DNA of 32,434 bases from IMG/VR virus record IMGVR_UViG_3300048574_000183, positions 1 through 32,434 of that record; one strand, 5' to 3'. Below the pieces are notes generated by a model, which was given only the letters and a program-made list of their open reading frames with translations, was not told where the DNA came from and did no database searches. The DNA comes from a virus. Taxonomy: Duplodnaviria; Caudoviricetes. Below, in pieces: positions 18,257 through 26,502 of the stretch. A program made the position numbers and the translations under genes. Position 1 is the stretch's first letter. Each line of letters starts with the position of its first letter.

Positions 18257-19077
18257 TCCTGCGCCTCTTTCATCACGTTTTCTTCCGTGATATACCGGCT
18301 CTTGCTCGCTCCGCTCTCCAGGTCGATATACGTCGCCATCTTGCGCAGGTCCTGCGTGATCAGCATGCGCATCAGATAATCCGCCGCCTCGGCCGCCATT
18401 CGCTGATTGATCGCCAGGCCCTGCGCGTTCATCAGCGCCATTTCCGCGCAGGAAAGATTCTCGCCGGTTTCTGTTTCCTCGCCGGCGTCTTCCAGCAGAC
18501 TCGGCTCCTGTTTGACTGGGCTGGGCAGCCAGCTGCAAAAGCCCGGCAAAACGAAAGCGTTTTCTTGAACGCTTTCAGCTTTGCCCAGCAGCACCTGGCC
18601 GCTGTTTTTGGTATTGCCGCAGTCCAGCCACCAGGCACTGCTCAATCCATTCGCTATCCGGTCGATGTCTTCCCGCGCGCCGGCGTTATCCACACAGCCG
18701 ATAAAGATTTTCGCCGTGTAGTAATTCGCTCTGTTTAAAAATACAAGCAGCGAGTTATAGTTCAGCTTAATTGGAGAAGCCGAAATAGGCACGCCCCATG
18801 CCGTTCCATAACGCAGCGCCAGAGTGCTGGCCTTCCAGCGCCCAATCTCCGCCCGGGCGAAGTTCTGCCGGTAAACGTTCTTTTCCTCGACTTTATCCGG
18901 ATCAACCAGCAGGACCTGCACGGTTTTCCCAAGATCGATCATCAGGCGCGCCGCGCGTGCCACGGCCGGCGCCAGCCAGCTCCCGGTACCGCCGCACCCG
19001 ACCAATATCAGCCGGATATCGGTGTATTCCGGCAGCTTCAGCCGGCAGGCGTTCGCGAAAGATAGATCCAGCTCCAT
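18253..19077 (-). CDS. ThiF/E1-like adenylyltransferase (PRTRC ThiF type)
   Basis: LVGCGGTGSWL, DPDKVEEKNVYRQNF, GCVDN, WLDCGN...GQV; candidate catalytic Cys in NLSCAE; Q.L.INQ. Confidence 0.93.
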   Translation of the reverse strand: MELDLSFANACRLKLPEYTDIRLILVGCGGTGSWLAPAVARAARLMIDLGKTVQVLLVDPDKVEEKNVYRQNFARAEIGRWKASTLALRYGTAWGVPISASPIKLNYNSLLVFLNRANYYTAKIFIGCVDNAGAREDIDRIANGLSSAWWLDCGNTKNSGQVLLGKAESVQENAFVLPGFCSWLPSPVKQEPSLLEDAGEETETGENLSCAEMALMNAQGLAINQRMAAEAADYLMRMLITQDLRKMATYIDLESGASKSRYITEENVMKEAQE

Positions 19078-19658
19078 CAGGCCACCTCTTCCATGATCCA
19101 CGGCATTTCATAGACATTCATCGACGGCACCGCGCCGAAGTGACCGTAAATACCCACCCGCGTAATAATTTGCGGGTGCGGGCTGTTCAGCCGGCCAATC
19201 ACGGAGTACACCCGGAACCCGCTCTTTTCATCTTCCGTGTCCGTCGCGGAAAAGAACGCGTCCATAAAGTTATGGCTGTGCAGCTCAATCAGCGTATCCG
19301 CTCCAGCGTCATAACTCAGCGGGATTACGCCCGCGCTGCTGACCTTCTGCATGGGTACATTTACCGTCCACGGCCTGGCGCCAGTCAGATAGAATAAAAT
19401 CTCATTGTGACCCACCTGGTAGGCGCGCGTCAGCATCCAGCTGAATAACCGCATCGGCACGCGCCGCTCCACCATACAGTAAGGCTGCACATCCGCCAGG
19501 CCGCGCATGCCAATATTTCCAATGCGCACCATCGCTGCCAGCCCGGGCCGCTGCGCCCGCACAAACAGGCCGTTTCCGGCCGCCACATATTCATACAGCA
19601 CACCGTCCGCAATCGGCGGCAGCTGCGCGTTTTTCGCGAAAATATGATTGACAATCAT
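19077..19658 (-). CDS. JAB/MPN+ metalloprotease (PRTRC protein A type)
   Basis: YEYVAAGNGLFVRA N-domain; NEIL and HSHNFMDAFFSATD (E...HxH-x7-S-x2-D). Confidence 0.9.
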   Translation of the reverse strand: MIVNHIFAKNAQLPPIADGVLYEYVAAGNGLFVRAQRPGLAAMVRIGNIGMRGLADVQPYCMVERRVPMRLFSWMLTRAYQVGHNEILFYLTGARPWTVNVPMQKVSSAGVIPLSYDAGADTLIELHSHNFMDAFFSATDTEDEKSGFRVYSVIGRLNSPHPQIITRVGIYGHFGAVPSMNVYEMPWIMEEVA

Positions 19659-20332
19659 CGCTTCACCTCGATATGAGACTGAATACAATCGTCGATTTTC
19701 CGTCTGTCAGGAATCAATTCCTTTTCCGGAAAAACTTTTTTACCTTTTCCGGCCAGGCCATCCAGCAGCTGGCGCACGTCGCTTTTCCAGGTCGCGCTTT
19801 TCCCATCAACCAGGTGCGCGTTAAAAGGAGCCTCGAAAAATAAAGTGAATGCCTTGCGAACCTGATCCGGGTCCCCTTTGGGCTGCGGGTTGGCGCCCCA
19901 GCAGATTCCACCATCGATGTACACATTTGGCAGCGGCGCGCGCCAGGCCTGCGCATCCCGCTCGAAATCGCGCGTCTTGAGCGCCCAAAGGTAAGAACCG
20001 CCCCCGGTGGTCAGCATTACCAGCCGCGGCAGCGGTACGCTGATTAAGCGATCACCCAGCCACAGGTTTTGCATCCGCGCCGGAACAGAATAGACCGTCC
20101 ACGCGCCTTGTGCGTTGGCGCCAGTGCGCACCACGCCCGCCGGCAGCCAGCCCGAGTCGTAATCGCGCAGCGAGAAGGCCGCGTTGACATCCGCCGCACG
20201 CAGGAATTTATACGTTTCAATATCGTTGTGATCCATTTCGCGCAGCAGAAAATGCCCGTCCATGAAATACAGGGCTAAATCTGCTTTGATCGGATCATTG
20301 GGAATATCAAAGGTCGCTTCCATCGTCTTCAT
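19655..20332 (-). CDS. Prokaryotic E2 family D (PRTRC protein B type)
   Basis: VPLPRLV, LWALK, APLPNVYIDGGICWG (catalytic Cys), FFEAPFN. Start is 20332 or 20323. Confidence 0.88.
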   Translation of the reverse strand: MKTMEATFDIPNDPIKADLALYFMDGHFLLREMDHNDIETYKFLRAADVNAAFSLRDYDSGWLPAGVVRTGANAQGAWTVYSVPARMQNLWLGDRLISVPLPRLVMLTTGGGSYLWALKTRDFERDAQAWRAPLPNVYIDGGICWGANPQPKGDPDQVRKAFTLFFEAPFNAHLVDGKSATWKSDVRQLLDGLAGKGKKVFPEKELIPDRRKIDDCIQSHIEVKR

Positions 20333-21128
20333 CCTCGTCAGCCCATAACTCAGCCAGTGTCAAATTCTTTCCAGGCCCGCTGCTGCTGGCCAGCATGCAC
20401 TCCATCAGCGTTTTCGCCAGCTCTGGTTCGTGCGCGAACCGTTCCTCCGCGCGGTTTACCGCTTCCCGGATTGGTTGGGCTTCTTCAAACTGGAGGCGCA
20501 TATTTTCAACGCCTTCCGGGGTATAACTGGGCAAATTGTCATAACCAAACTCATTATCATCAATGTTGAAATCAAAGAAGATATTGCCCGTGTCGTACCA
20601 CGCTACTTCCAGCGCCTGGTAAAAATCTTCCAGTCCGCGTTCCTGCAGGAGGATTGCATAAGTTTCGCGTTCGATGAAGATATTGGCATATTTCACGCCC
20701 CAGCCCAATTGCTCCGCAAACTTATTGAAGTGATCTTCTTCATCAACGCGCAGCAGGGTGTAGTAGAGATATAGATAATAGTCTTTATCGACTTCCTTTG
20801 CGTCGCATTCTAGTAACGCTGCCAATTCATCCCAGTTCATCGGATAGCCCATTGATTCTGGATAGAGCGTCGGGTCATAGCCTTCTTCGCGCGTCATTTC
20901 TTCATCCGCGCCGCAGTGCTGGCAGATCAAGCCCAGCGTGTAATCGATAATGCCGTCCGGGTCCATGCCGTTCACAAGACTGACATTCCAGCCCATATGC
21001 TCCATGATTTCCAGGGATGTCTTCGCGATGCCGGCGTCCCGTAAATATCGCAGCGCCTGGCCCAGTCCAATCGGACGCAGGCTGTTCAGGAAATCGCGCG
21101 CCAGTATCATCGGCATCGTGGTGATCAT
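20307..21128 (-). CDS. Acidic helical protein (positional equivalent of PRTRC protein F)
   Basis: Lies between Ubl and E2; WYDTGNIFFD motif. The assignment is by synteny only. Confidence 0.55.
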   Translation of the reverse strand: MITTMPMILARDFLNSLRPIGLGQALRYLRDAGIAKTSLEIMEHMGWNVSLVNGMDPDGIIDYTLGLICQHCGADEEMTREEGYDPTLYPESMGYPMNWDELAALLECDAKEVDKDYYLYLYYTLLRVDEEDHFNKFAEQLGWGVKYANIFIERETYAILLQERGLEDFYQALEVAWYDTGNIFFDFNIDDNEFGYDNLPSYTPEGVENMRLQFEEAQPIREAVNRAEERFAHEPELAKTLMECMLASSSGPGKNLTLAELWADEDEDDGSDL

Positions 21129-21129
21129 C

Positions 21130-21576
21130 TTAAAACCCCATGGGAAGCAGCGGCGCCGGCTGCGCAATAGATTGGTTCAGCCGTTTTTCGATGCGATTCA
21201 TCAGCTCGCCGTCCGCTTCGCCGGCGCGGATCGCGTCATCAATATCTTGCTGGCGCAAGGCCAGCACAACCGGATTCAATCCGCCCGCATTGCTCAGTTT
21301 GGTCAGCTCTTCCGCCAGCGCGATCGCTGGATTGCGGCTCTCGGGCAGGTCGGCCAGGCTGAGGAATGAATCCACGGCCGCATCCGCGCCTTTTGTTCCG
21401 GCTTTTTTGACCACATCGATGGTCACGCGCTCGCCGTCCGTCTTGCGTGTGATGACGGCGTTATCCACACCCGGATAATAGGCCTGCAAGGCGCGCTTCA
21501 CGCCCTCGTCCGTTTTCGCTACCTCTTCCGGCAGCGTGATTTCCTGTCCTTCGATCTTCACAACATAGGTCGCCAT
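21130..21576 (-). CDS. Ubiquitin-like protein (PRTRC protein C type) with C-terminal extension
   Basis: GQEITLP...VKRALQAYYPGVDNA...VVKKAGTKG (G63), followed by 85 extra residues. Confidence 0.82.
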   Translation of the reverse strand: MATYVVKIEGQEITLPEEVAKTDEGVKRALQAYYPGVDNAVITRKTDGERVTIDVVKKAGTKGADAAVDSFLSLADLPESRNPAIALAEELTKLSNAGGLNPVVLALRQQDIDDAIRAGEADGELMNRIEKRLNQSIAQPAPLLPMGF

Positions 21577-21579
21577 GAT

Positions 21580-22923
21580 TTACTCCTTATCCCATTCCTG
21601 ATGCAGTTCGTTCAGCAGTTCAACCAGCCAGGGAGCTGCCACCGCGTTCATGCGCAGCAGCTTCATCTTCGGCGCTTCCTGATTGATCCGCGCCCCGACC
21701 ATCACCGGCCGCCCGTCCGGATGCATATCCTCCGCCCAAATCGTCAGGTTGATCGTTATGGTAGATTGTTCCCAGCTAAGTCTTTCAACGATTCGCGTAT
21801 CAGGTTGCACAGGTAATTCACCGGGTCGCACTGAATCAGCAGGTCGCGTGGGCTCGCCTGCGGATACAGGCTCCGCATCCTCAGCATCATCCCAAGATGC
21901 TGCCGGGTGTACATTTTCCGCTGCCACCGTTTCCGTGGAAACAGCGGCAGAATCTTGCCCGCTCCCCGTTTCGTGCGTTTCCGGCTGACTGTCCTCTGAT
22001 TCGCGGGTGTGAAGAATTGATACATCTTCAGAAAGGTCCGGGTTAGTTTTCCCCAATGATTCGTCCAGGGTTTCTTCCTGGAGCAGCTCCCCGCTGTATT
22101 GCGGTTCAGTTTCTTCATGATTTTGTTCCTCGAAAATGTCGATCTGTTTCGGCTGCGGAACCGTCAGCAGCGTTACCAATGTGTCCACCGCGGCCGCGAT
22201 CTGTGCCGGACCGACGCCCGACGCCGCCATTTCTAAAATCTGGCTGGGCGTGGCGGCGCTTTCCAGCGCTTCGCCCTGTTCCAGCAGGTCTTCCGGCAGG
22301 TTGTATAGCCCGACCAGCGCGCGCGCCTGGCCTTCCGTGATCTGGCGGCTGCGCAGCATATCCTGCACCGTTGCCGGCAAGGTCAGCAGACGCATCTTGT
22401 TGCGCACCGCTGAATCGCTCAGCCCAAACAGCGTCCCGATTTCCGCGCTGTTTTTCTCGAACTCATCCCGGTAACGTACCATCGCCCGGGCTTCTTCAAT
22501 CGGCGTCAAGTCGCGCCGCTGGAGGTTTTCTGAAATCGCGAAGCGGAACATTTCCTCGTCGGTCAGCTGGCGCAGCATCAGCGGCAGGCTGGTATAGTCG
22601 TTTAGAATATTCGAATAAGGTTTAACGTCCACCAGCCAGCGAAAGGCCGCCAGGCGGCTATGCCCAAAGGCCAGCTGAACCGACCAGTTTCCGGTGCGCA
22701 TGGTGCCCAGAAACGTCTCCAAATCAGCGCCGTGATACAGATTGAGCACTTCCTGGCGCAAGACTTCGCCATCCTGCAGCACGATTCGCCCGACCGGCTT
22801 CTGCATCAGCCCGTTTTCGACGATTGACAGCGCCAGCTTTTGGATATGTTCCGGGTCCTCGCTTTCGCGCGGCTGCCACGGATTGGCCTGGATCATCTCC
22901 AGGGGGATAGAGATTTCAAACAT
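21580..22923 (-). CDS. ParB-family protein (PRTRC ParB type) with acidic linker and C-terminal domain
   Basis: ATG 22923 with GGAG; NPWQPR, FGHSRLAA, ENLQRRDLTPIEEA, HTH (IGTLFGLSDSAVRNKMRLL). Confidence 0.9.
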   Translation of the reverse strand: MFEISIPLEMIQANPWQPRESEDPEHIQKLALSIVENGLMQKPVGRIVLQDGEVLRQEVLNLYHGADLETFLGTMRTGNWSVQLAFGHSRLAAFRWLVDVKPYSNILNDYTSLPLMLRQLTDEEMFRFAISENLQRRDLTPIEEARAMVRYRDEFEKNSAEIGTLFGLSDSAVRNKMRLLTLPATVQDMLRSRQITEGQARALVGLYNLPEDLLEQGEALESAATPSQILEMAASGVGPAQIAAAVDTLVTLLTVPQPKQIDIFEEQNHEETEPQYSGELLQEETLDESLGKTNPDLSEDVSILHTRESEDSQPETHETGSGQDSAAVSTETVAAENVHPAASWDDAEDAEPVSAGEPTRPADSVRPGELPVQPDTRIVERLSWEQSTITINLTIWAEDMHPDGRPVMVGARINQEAPKMKLLRMNAVAAPWLVELLNELHQEWDKE

Positions 22924-23134
22924 GATTGCTCCTGATCTCCAAATAGCGGCAGATCGTGCAGCCGTCCCGCCGGCCAATGCCGTTGCGGTGGATGAAATAG
23001 GCTGCCATTGTCTGGGTGGTATCCCAGTTCCCGTTTTTTATCGCGGTGAGCCACTCCTGCCGCAAATATTCGCCTTCGTCGCAGGTCAAGGCGATAATAA
23101 CTTTTCCATTCGCGTCCAACTGATGTTCTGGCAT
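22916..23134 (-). CDS. Hypothetical protein
   Basis: RBS AGGAG; H...CxxC near the C-terminus. Confidence 0.6.
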   Translation of the reverse strand: MPEHQLDANGKVIIALTCDEGEYLRQEWLTAIKNGNWDTTQTMAAYFIHRNGIGRRDGCTICRYLEIRSNHV

Positions 23135-23137
23135 AAC

Positions 23138-24034
23138 TTACTCCTGTTGTCTGATCTCAAAGCGGATGTGCTGCCCGGTCAGTTCCTCCAGCCGGCGTTT
23201 GACGTGGTTCTCCAGCCAGGCGCTTCCGGATCCGTTGCAGACGCCGACCACCAGCGCCCCATCCGCGCCCATTCCGGCCGCCCAGGCCGGACGCAGCCAG
23301 GTATCAAACTGCGAGCGTGGCACCTCTTCAGCCAGCAGGCGCATGGCGTTGGTCCAGGTATCCAGGATATGCCGCGGAATCGTTGTCAACAGTTCCGGCT
23401 CGATGATTTCCGCTGCCGGCGCATACCATGGTATTTCCGGCTTGATTTGTTCTGGACGCCAATCGCGCGGCACTTTCCAGCCGTGCAGACAGCGCCAGAC
23501 CACCGCGCCCGGGCCGGGTGCGTTTTGCAGGTGATATTGGATTTCGCGGGTGCTGATGCGTGCATCGCTCGCGATTTCGCTCAGCGCGGGTTCGCGGATG
23601 CCGGCCGCCGCCAGTATTTCGAGTCGGAATTTTTCCGGCTCGCTTTCTAGACTAGAATCTGATTCAGACTCTTGACTAGAACTAGTAGTTAAAGATCTAG
23701 ACTCTAGAGGGTCGAGTCGGAGATTCTCCGACTCGCTTTCATCTTCCGCCGGCGACGGTTCGGTCTCCGCGGCGTTTTCGCCCAGCAGTTCCAGCGGCAG
23801 CGGCAGGTTGATCGCTCCGCCTGCCAGGCGGTAATCGTTATCGCCGCGCTGACCGGTGCGCACGACCAGGCCGATCTCGACCAGATAGTCCAGCGACTTG
23901 CTGACGGTCTTGTCCGTGCAGCCGGTGAATCGCTCGACCCATGCCTGATTTCCGCCGCCTGGCTGGACCAGGAACAGCAGCAGAATTTGCGCGGTCGCTC
24001 CGCGCAGGCCCCGAATCATTGCCGCGGTCAGCAT
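23138..24034 (-). CDS. Phage replication initiator with N-terminal wHTH and C-terminal DnaA domain I
   Basis: FTGCTDKTVSKSLDYLVEIGLV (wHTH); WTNAMRLLAEEVPRSQFDTWLRP...LVVGV.N....WLEN (DnaA_N). ATG 24034 overlaps the upstream TGA. Confidence 0.82.
   Translation of the reverse strand: MLTAAMIRGLRGATAQILLLFLVQPGGGNQAWVERFTGCTDKTVSKSLDYLVEIGLVVRTGQRGDNDYRLAGGAINLPLPLELLGENAAETEPSPAEDESESENLRLDPLESRSLTTSSSQESESDSSLESEPEKFRLEILAAAGIREPALSEIASDARISTREIQYHLQNAPGPGAVVWRCLHGWKVPRDWRPEQIKPEIPWYAPAAEIIEPELLTTIPRHILDTWTNAMRLLAEEVPRSQFDTWLRPAWAAGMGADGALVVGVCNGSGSAWLENHVKRRLEELTGQHIRFEIRQQE
23619..23740. repeat. Putative replication origin: two 29-bp palindromic direct repeats flanking a CTAG-rich spacer
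   Basis: TCGAGTCGGAATTTTTCCGGCTCGCTTTC (23619-23647) and TCGAGTCGGAGATTCTCCGACTCGCTTTC (23712-23740) are 25/29 identical; six CTAG tetramers at 23647-23707. Confidence 0.7.
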
Positions 24035-24597
24035 CACTTGAGCCACTCAATGTAAACGTGAGAGGATACTTGATCGACATCATCGCGATGAGCGTATTGA
24101 AAGCCATCCGCGTGCATCGGCATGATCATCGCTTCGGCGTGCAAATAATCGTCGTCAAACACTGCCACAAAGTATTGGCCGAAGGTCATTGTTACCGTGT
24201 GGATAGGCAGACTCAATGCATCCCGCAGGAAATGCGGAGAGATAGAAAACAGCACTTTCCCGCTCAAATTGTTCGGGTTGTCGAACGAAAGCCCATTATC
24301 TTGAATTGACGCGTAATTGGGATAATTCGGCGGGTCGTCACACCGTTCATAAACCAGAATGTCTTGATGCAGTTCCATCCGGTATTGCCCGTCATCGAAT
24401 TTATAGAACGAAAATTCATCTTCTCGTTCGTGTTTATAACTCAAGGTATGCAGCCGGTAGCCGTCAGTCGTAGCCGCAGTATCGCCTTCAATCAATACAT
24501 GCTGCATGGCGACTCGTTCCTCAACCTTTGACACTGCTTTAAGCAGCCAGCGGACTTGTTTTACTTGATCAGACAATAATCTGATATACTGTTCCAT
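24034..24597 (-). CDS. Truncated beta sliding clamp-like protein
   Basis: KAVSK.EER...TTDGYRLH, YPNY, ISPHFLRDAL, MIMPM match DnaN middle and C-terminal motifs. Confidence 0.65.
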   Translation of the reverse strand: MEQYIRLLSDQVKQVRWLLKAVSKVEERVAMQHVLIEGDTAATTDGYRLHTLSYKHEREDEFSFYKFDDGQYRMELHQDILVYERCDDPPNYPNYASIQDNGLSFDNPNNLSGKVLFSISPHFLRDALSLPIHTVTMTFGQYFVAVFDDDYLHAEAMIMPMHADGFQYAHRDDVDQVSSHVYIEWLK

Positions 24598-24614
24598 AAC
24601 AACCTCTGATATTC

Positions 24615-24773
24615 TCAGCCATTCGCCCTGCCCGTATCGCGGGGCGTTTTGGTTAAATTAGCGGCCAGCCCCAGCCGGCAGCCCTCGATTACCGCCGCCA
24701 GCGCCAGGCTGAAAAGGATCATCACCGGCAGCCCGCAAAACAGACTCAGCGCAACGTACTCGACTATCTGCAT
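24615..24773 (-). CDS. Small membrane protein (52 aa)
   Basis: Hand-translated MQIVEYVALSLFCGLPVMILFSLALAAVIEGCRLG...; ATG overlaps the upstream TGA. Confidence 0.5.
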   Translation of the reverse strand: MQIVEYVALSLFCGLPVMILFSLALAAVIEGCRLGLAANLTKTPRDTGRANG

Positions 24774-25165
24774 CACAGCAGCCGCCCCTGAATCACGCCG
24801 CCCCAGGCCTCGTTCGCCGCGCGGTCCATCGCCTTCATGGTCTCGATCAGGTCGTCGCGTTTGGCGCTCAATTCAGCCAGTCGAAACGCTTCGTATTCCG
24901 CGCGATTTTTAGCCAGCCAATAACCGCCGCCGTCCTCTGCCTGCGAGCAAATCAGGAAGCCCTTGCGCCGCAATGCCTTGATCACCTCGCGGATATGGCG
25001 GTCTGAGGATTCGTATCCTTTGGCATGCAGCGCCACGCGCAGCATCATCCGCTTGATGCGGTTATCCTGGCCAATGTGATATGAAAGCACCAGCAAAATA
25101 CCGCGTTCCAGGCCCGGTTCGGTTTCCGTCAGCATCTTTCCGTAGTAGCTTCTCATGGGGTTCAC
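24773..25165 (-). CDS. Winged-HTH protein
   Basis: HIGQDNRI...SDRHIREVIKALRRKGFLICS...GGYWLA. Confidence 0.75.
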   Translation of the reverse strand: MNPMRSYYGKMLTETEPGLERGILLVLSYHIGQDNRIKRMMLRVALHAKGYESSDRHIREVIKALRRKGFLICSQAEDGGGYWLAKNRAEYEAFRLAELSAKRDDLIETMKAMDRAANEAWGGVIQGRLL

Positions 25166-25576
25166 CTAAAACGGGATATCACCCGATTCTTCTTCGGCGT
25201 ATCCGCCGGATTGCTCGCCAGATTCGCTTTGCCGGTCGCTTAGGAAGCGTACCGCTTCAGCCGTTACTTCGAAACTCGCCCGAACCCCGCCGTCGCGGTC
25301 CTGCCAGGTGCGCGGTCCGCCGCTGGATTGATCTATCATCAGACGGCCTTCAATCAGCACTTTGCTGCCTTTGCGCAGATAGTTATTGCATGCTTCCGCC
25401 TGCTTTCCCCATGCAGATACGCGGAACCAGGTGGTTTCTGTCTGCTGTTCGCCGTTCGCACCTGTCCACTTGCGACTGGTAGCAACGGAAAAGCTGGTCA
25501 CCGCCTGCCCGTTGGGCGTGTAGCGCATTTCTGGATCGCGCCCTAAATAGCCGATCAAAATTAATTTCTGGTACAT
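25166..25576 (-). CDS. ssb: Single-stranded DNA-binding protein
   Basis: LIGYLGRDPEMRYTPNG, WFRVSAWGKQAE, KGSKVLIEGRL, C-terminal DIPF. Confidence 0.97.
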   Translation of the reverse strand: MYQKLILIGYLGRDPEMRYTPNGQAVTSFSVATSRKWTGANGEQQTETTWFRVSAWGKQAEACNNYLRKGSKVLIEGRLMIDQSSGGPRTWQDRDGGVRASFEVTAEAVRFLSDRQSESGEQSGGYAEEESGDIPF

Positions 25577-25577
25577 G

Positions 25578-25850
25578 TCAGCTCCGCAGTCCGCCGACCA
25601 ACACCACGCCCAGCTGCCGCGCCGTGGTAACCGCGTCCCGCTCGCGCTGGATCCATTCCACCACCTGAGTCACCATCCAGGTTTCAGCCCGTCCATGCGG
25701 CACCGGCAGGGCATAGTAAAGCGTTTCCAGGAGCGCATCGTACTCTTTCAGCTCGGCTTCGGTAACCAGGCTGTCCCGGCGCATCAGCTGCCATGCCAAA
25801 ATCAAAATCCACAACGGCAAAGATAAGAGACCTAAACTGTTCAGTTTCAT
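25578..25850 (-). CDS. Hypothetical membrane-anchored protein
   Basis: RBS GAGGAG; N-terminal TM segment. Confidence 0.55.
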   Translation of the reverse strand: MKLNSLGLLSLPLWILILAWQLMRRDSLVTEAELKEYDALLETLYYALPVPHGRAETWMVTQVVEWIQRERDAVTTARQLGVVLVGGLRS

Positions 25851-26317
25851 GATTTGAACTCCTCAAAATAAAAATTGTCCATTGCGCCCGCTGGAATCAG
25901 CAGGGGAGTGATCAGGCTGCGGCTGCCGGCCGCCACCGCGGTCATGAACTGGCTCAGCAGTACCTGGCTGATTGCCACCGGCAGGCTGCGCGGATCGATG
26001 CGCTGATACCCATTGCTCTCCATCCAGCGCACCAGGTCGCTCATCCGCCAGACCGTGGTGCCATTGCCGTTAACCATCTTTGCCAAGTCGTCCACCAGGT
26101 CGCCGCTCTGATTGATCACCGCGAAGCCGTACTGGCCGCGCGCCGGCCACATCATCACGTACAGGCCGTTGCCCTCGTAAATGGCCGTGCCGATTCGCCC
26201 GGCCGCCGCGCCCTGCATGCCGCGGATCGTATCGTACAGGCTCAGCGGATGCACCGCCGCCGCGAACGATCCCAGCAGCACCAAAATGACAAACAGTATC
26301 CGCAAGAATTTCTTCAT
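25847..26317 (-). CDS. Secreted/membrane hypothetical protein
   Basis: AGGAGG RBS; MKKFLRILFVILVLLGSFAAA signal peptide. Confidence 0.7.
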   Translation of the reverse strand: MKKFLRILFVILVLLGSFAAAVHPLSLYDTIRGMQGAAAGRIGTAIYEGNGLYVMMWPARGQYGFAVINQSGDLVDDLAKMVNGNGTTVWRMSDLVRWMESNGYQRIDPRSLPVAISQVLLSQFMTAVAAGSRSLITPLLIPAGAMDNFYFEEFKS

Positions 26318-26435
26318 GATTTCCTCCTGGTCCGCCGCTTTCACGGCGGACCATATTGCCTTTGCCGCGCTGCCGCCCAGTACATCACTTTCGTACAACG
26401 GCGCCCGACCGTGGGTCGCGGTCAGCGCAGCCAGA

Positions 26436-26496
26436 TGGGGCCGGAGGACTCGAACCTCCTCGGGTGCGGGGGGTACACTCGCCGCCTGGCAGCCCC
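26436..26496 (-). ncRNA. Minimal tRNA-like element (acceptor + T arm)
   Basis: GGGGCT...GGAGG-TTCGAGT-CCTCC-GGCCCC-A; 61 nt with no canonical D or anticodon arms. Confidence 0.55.
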
Positions 26497-26502
26497 GTGA
26501 AA

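Noticed and set aside
18253-19077. ThiF/MoeB for thiamine or molybdopterin synthesis
   Set aside because: The context is E2/JAB/Ubl/ParB, with no cofactor-biosynthesis genes and no paired CxxC Zn motifs of MoeB.
26370-26435. Hammerhead ribozyme (CTGA...GAAA on the minus strand)
   Set aside because: The core reads CTGACCG rather than CTGANGA, and the stems do not fit.
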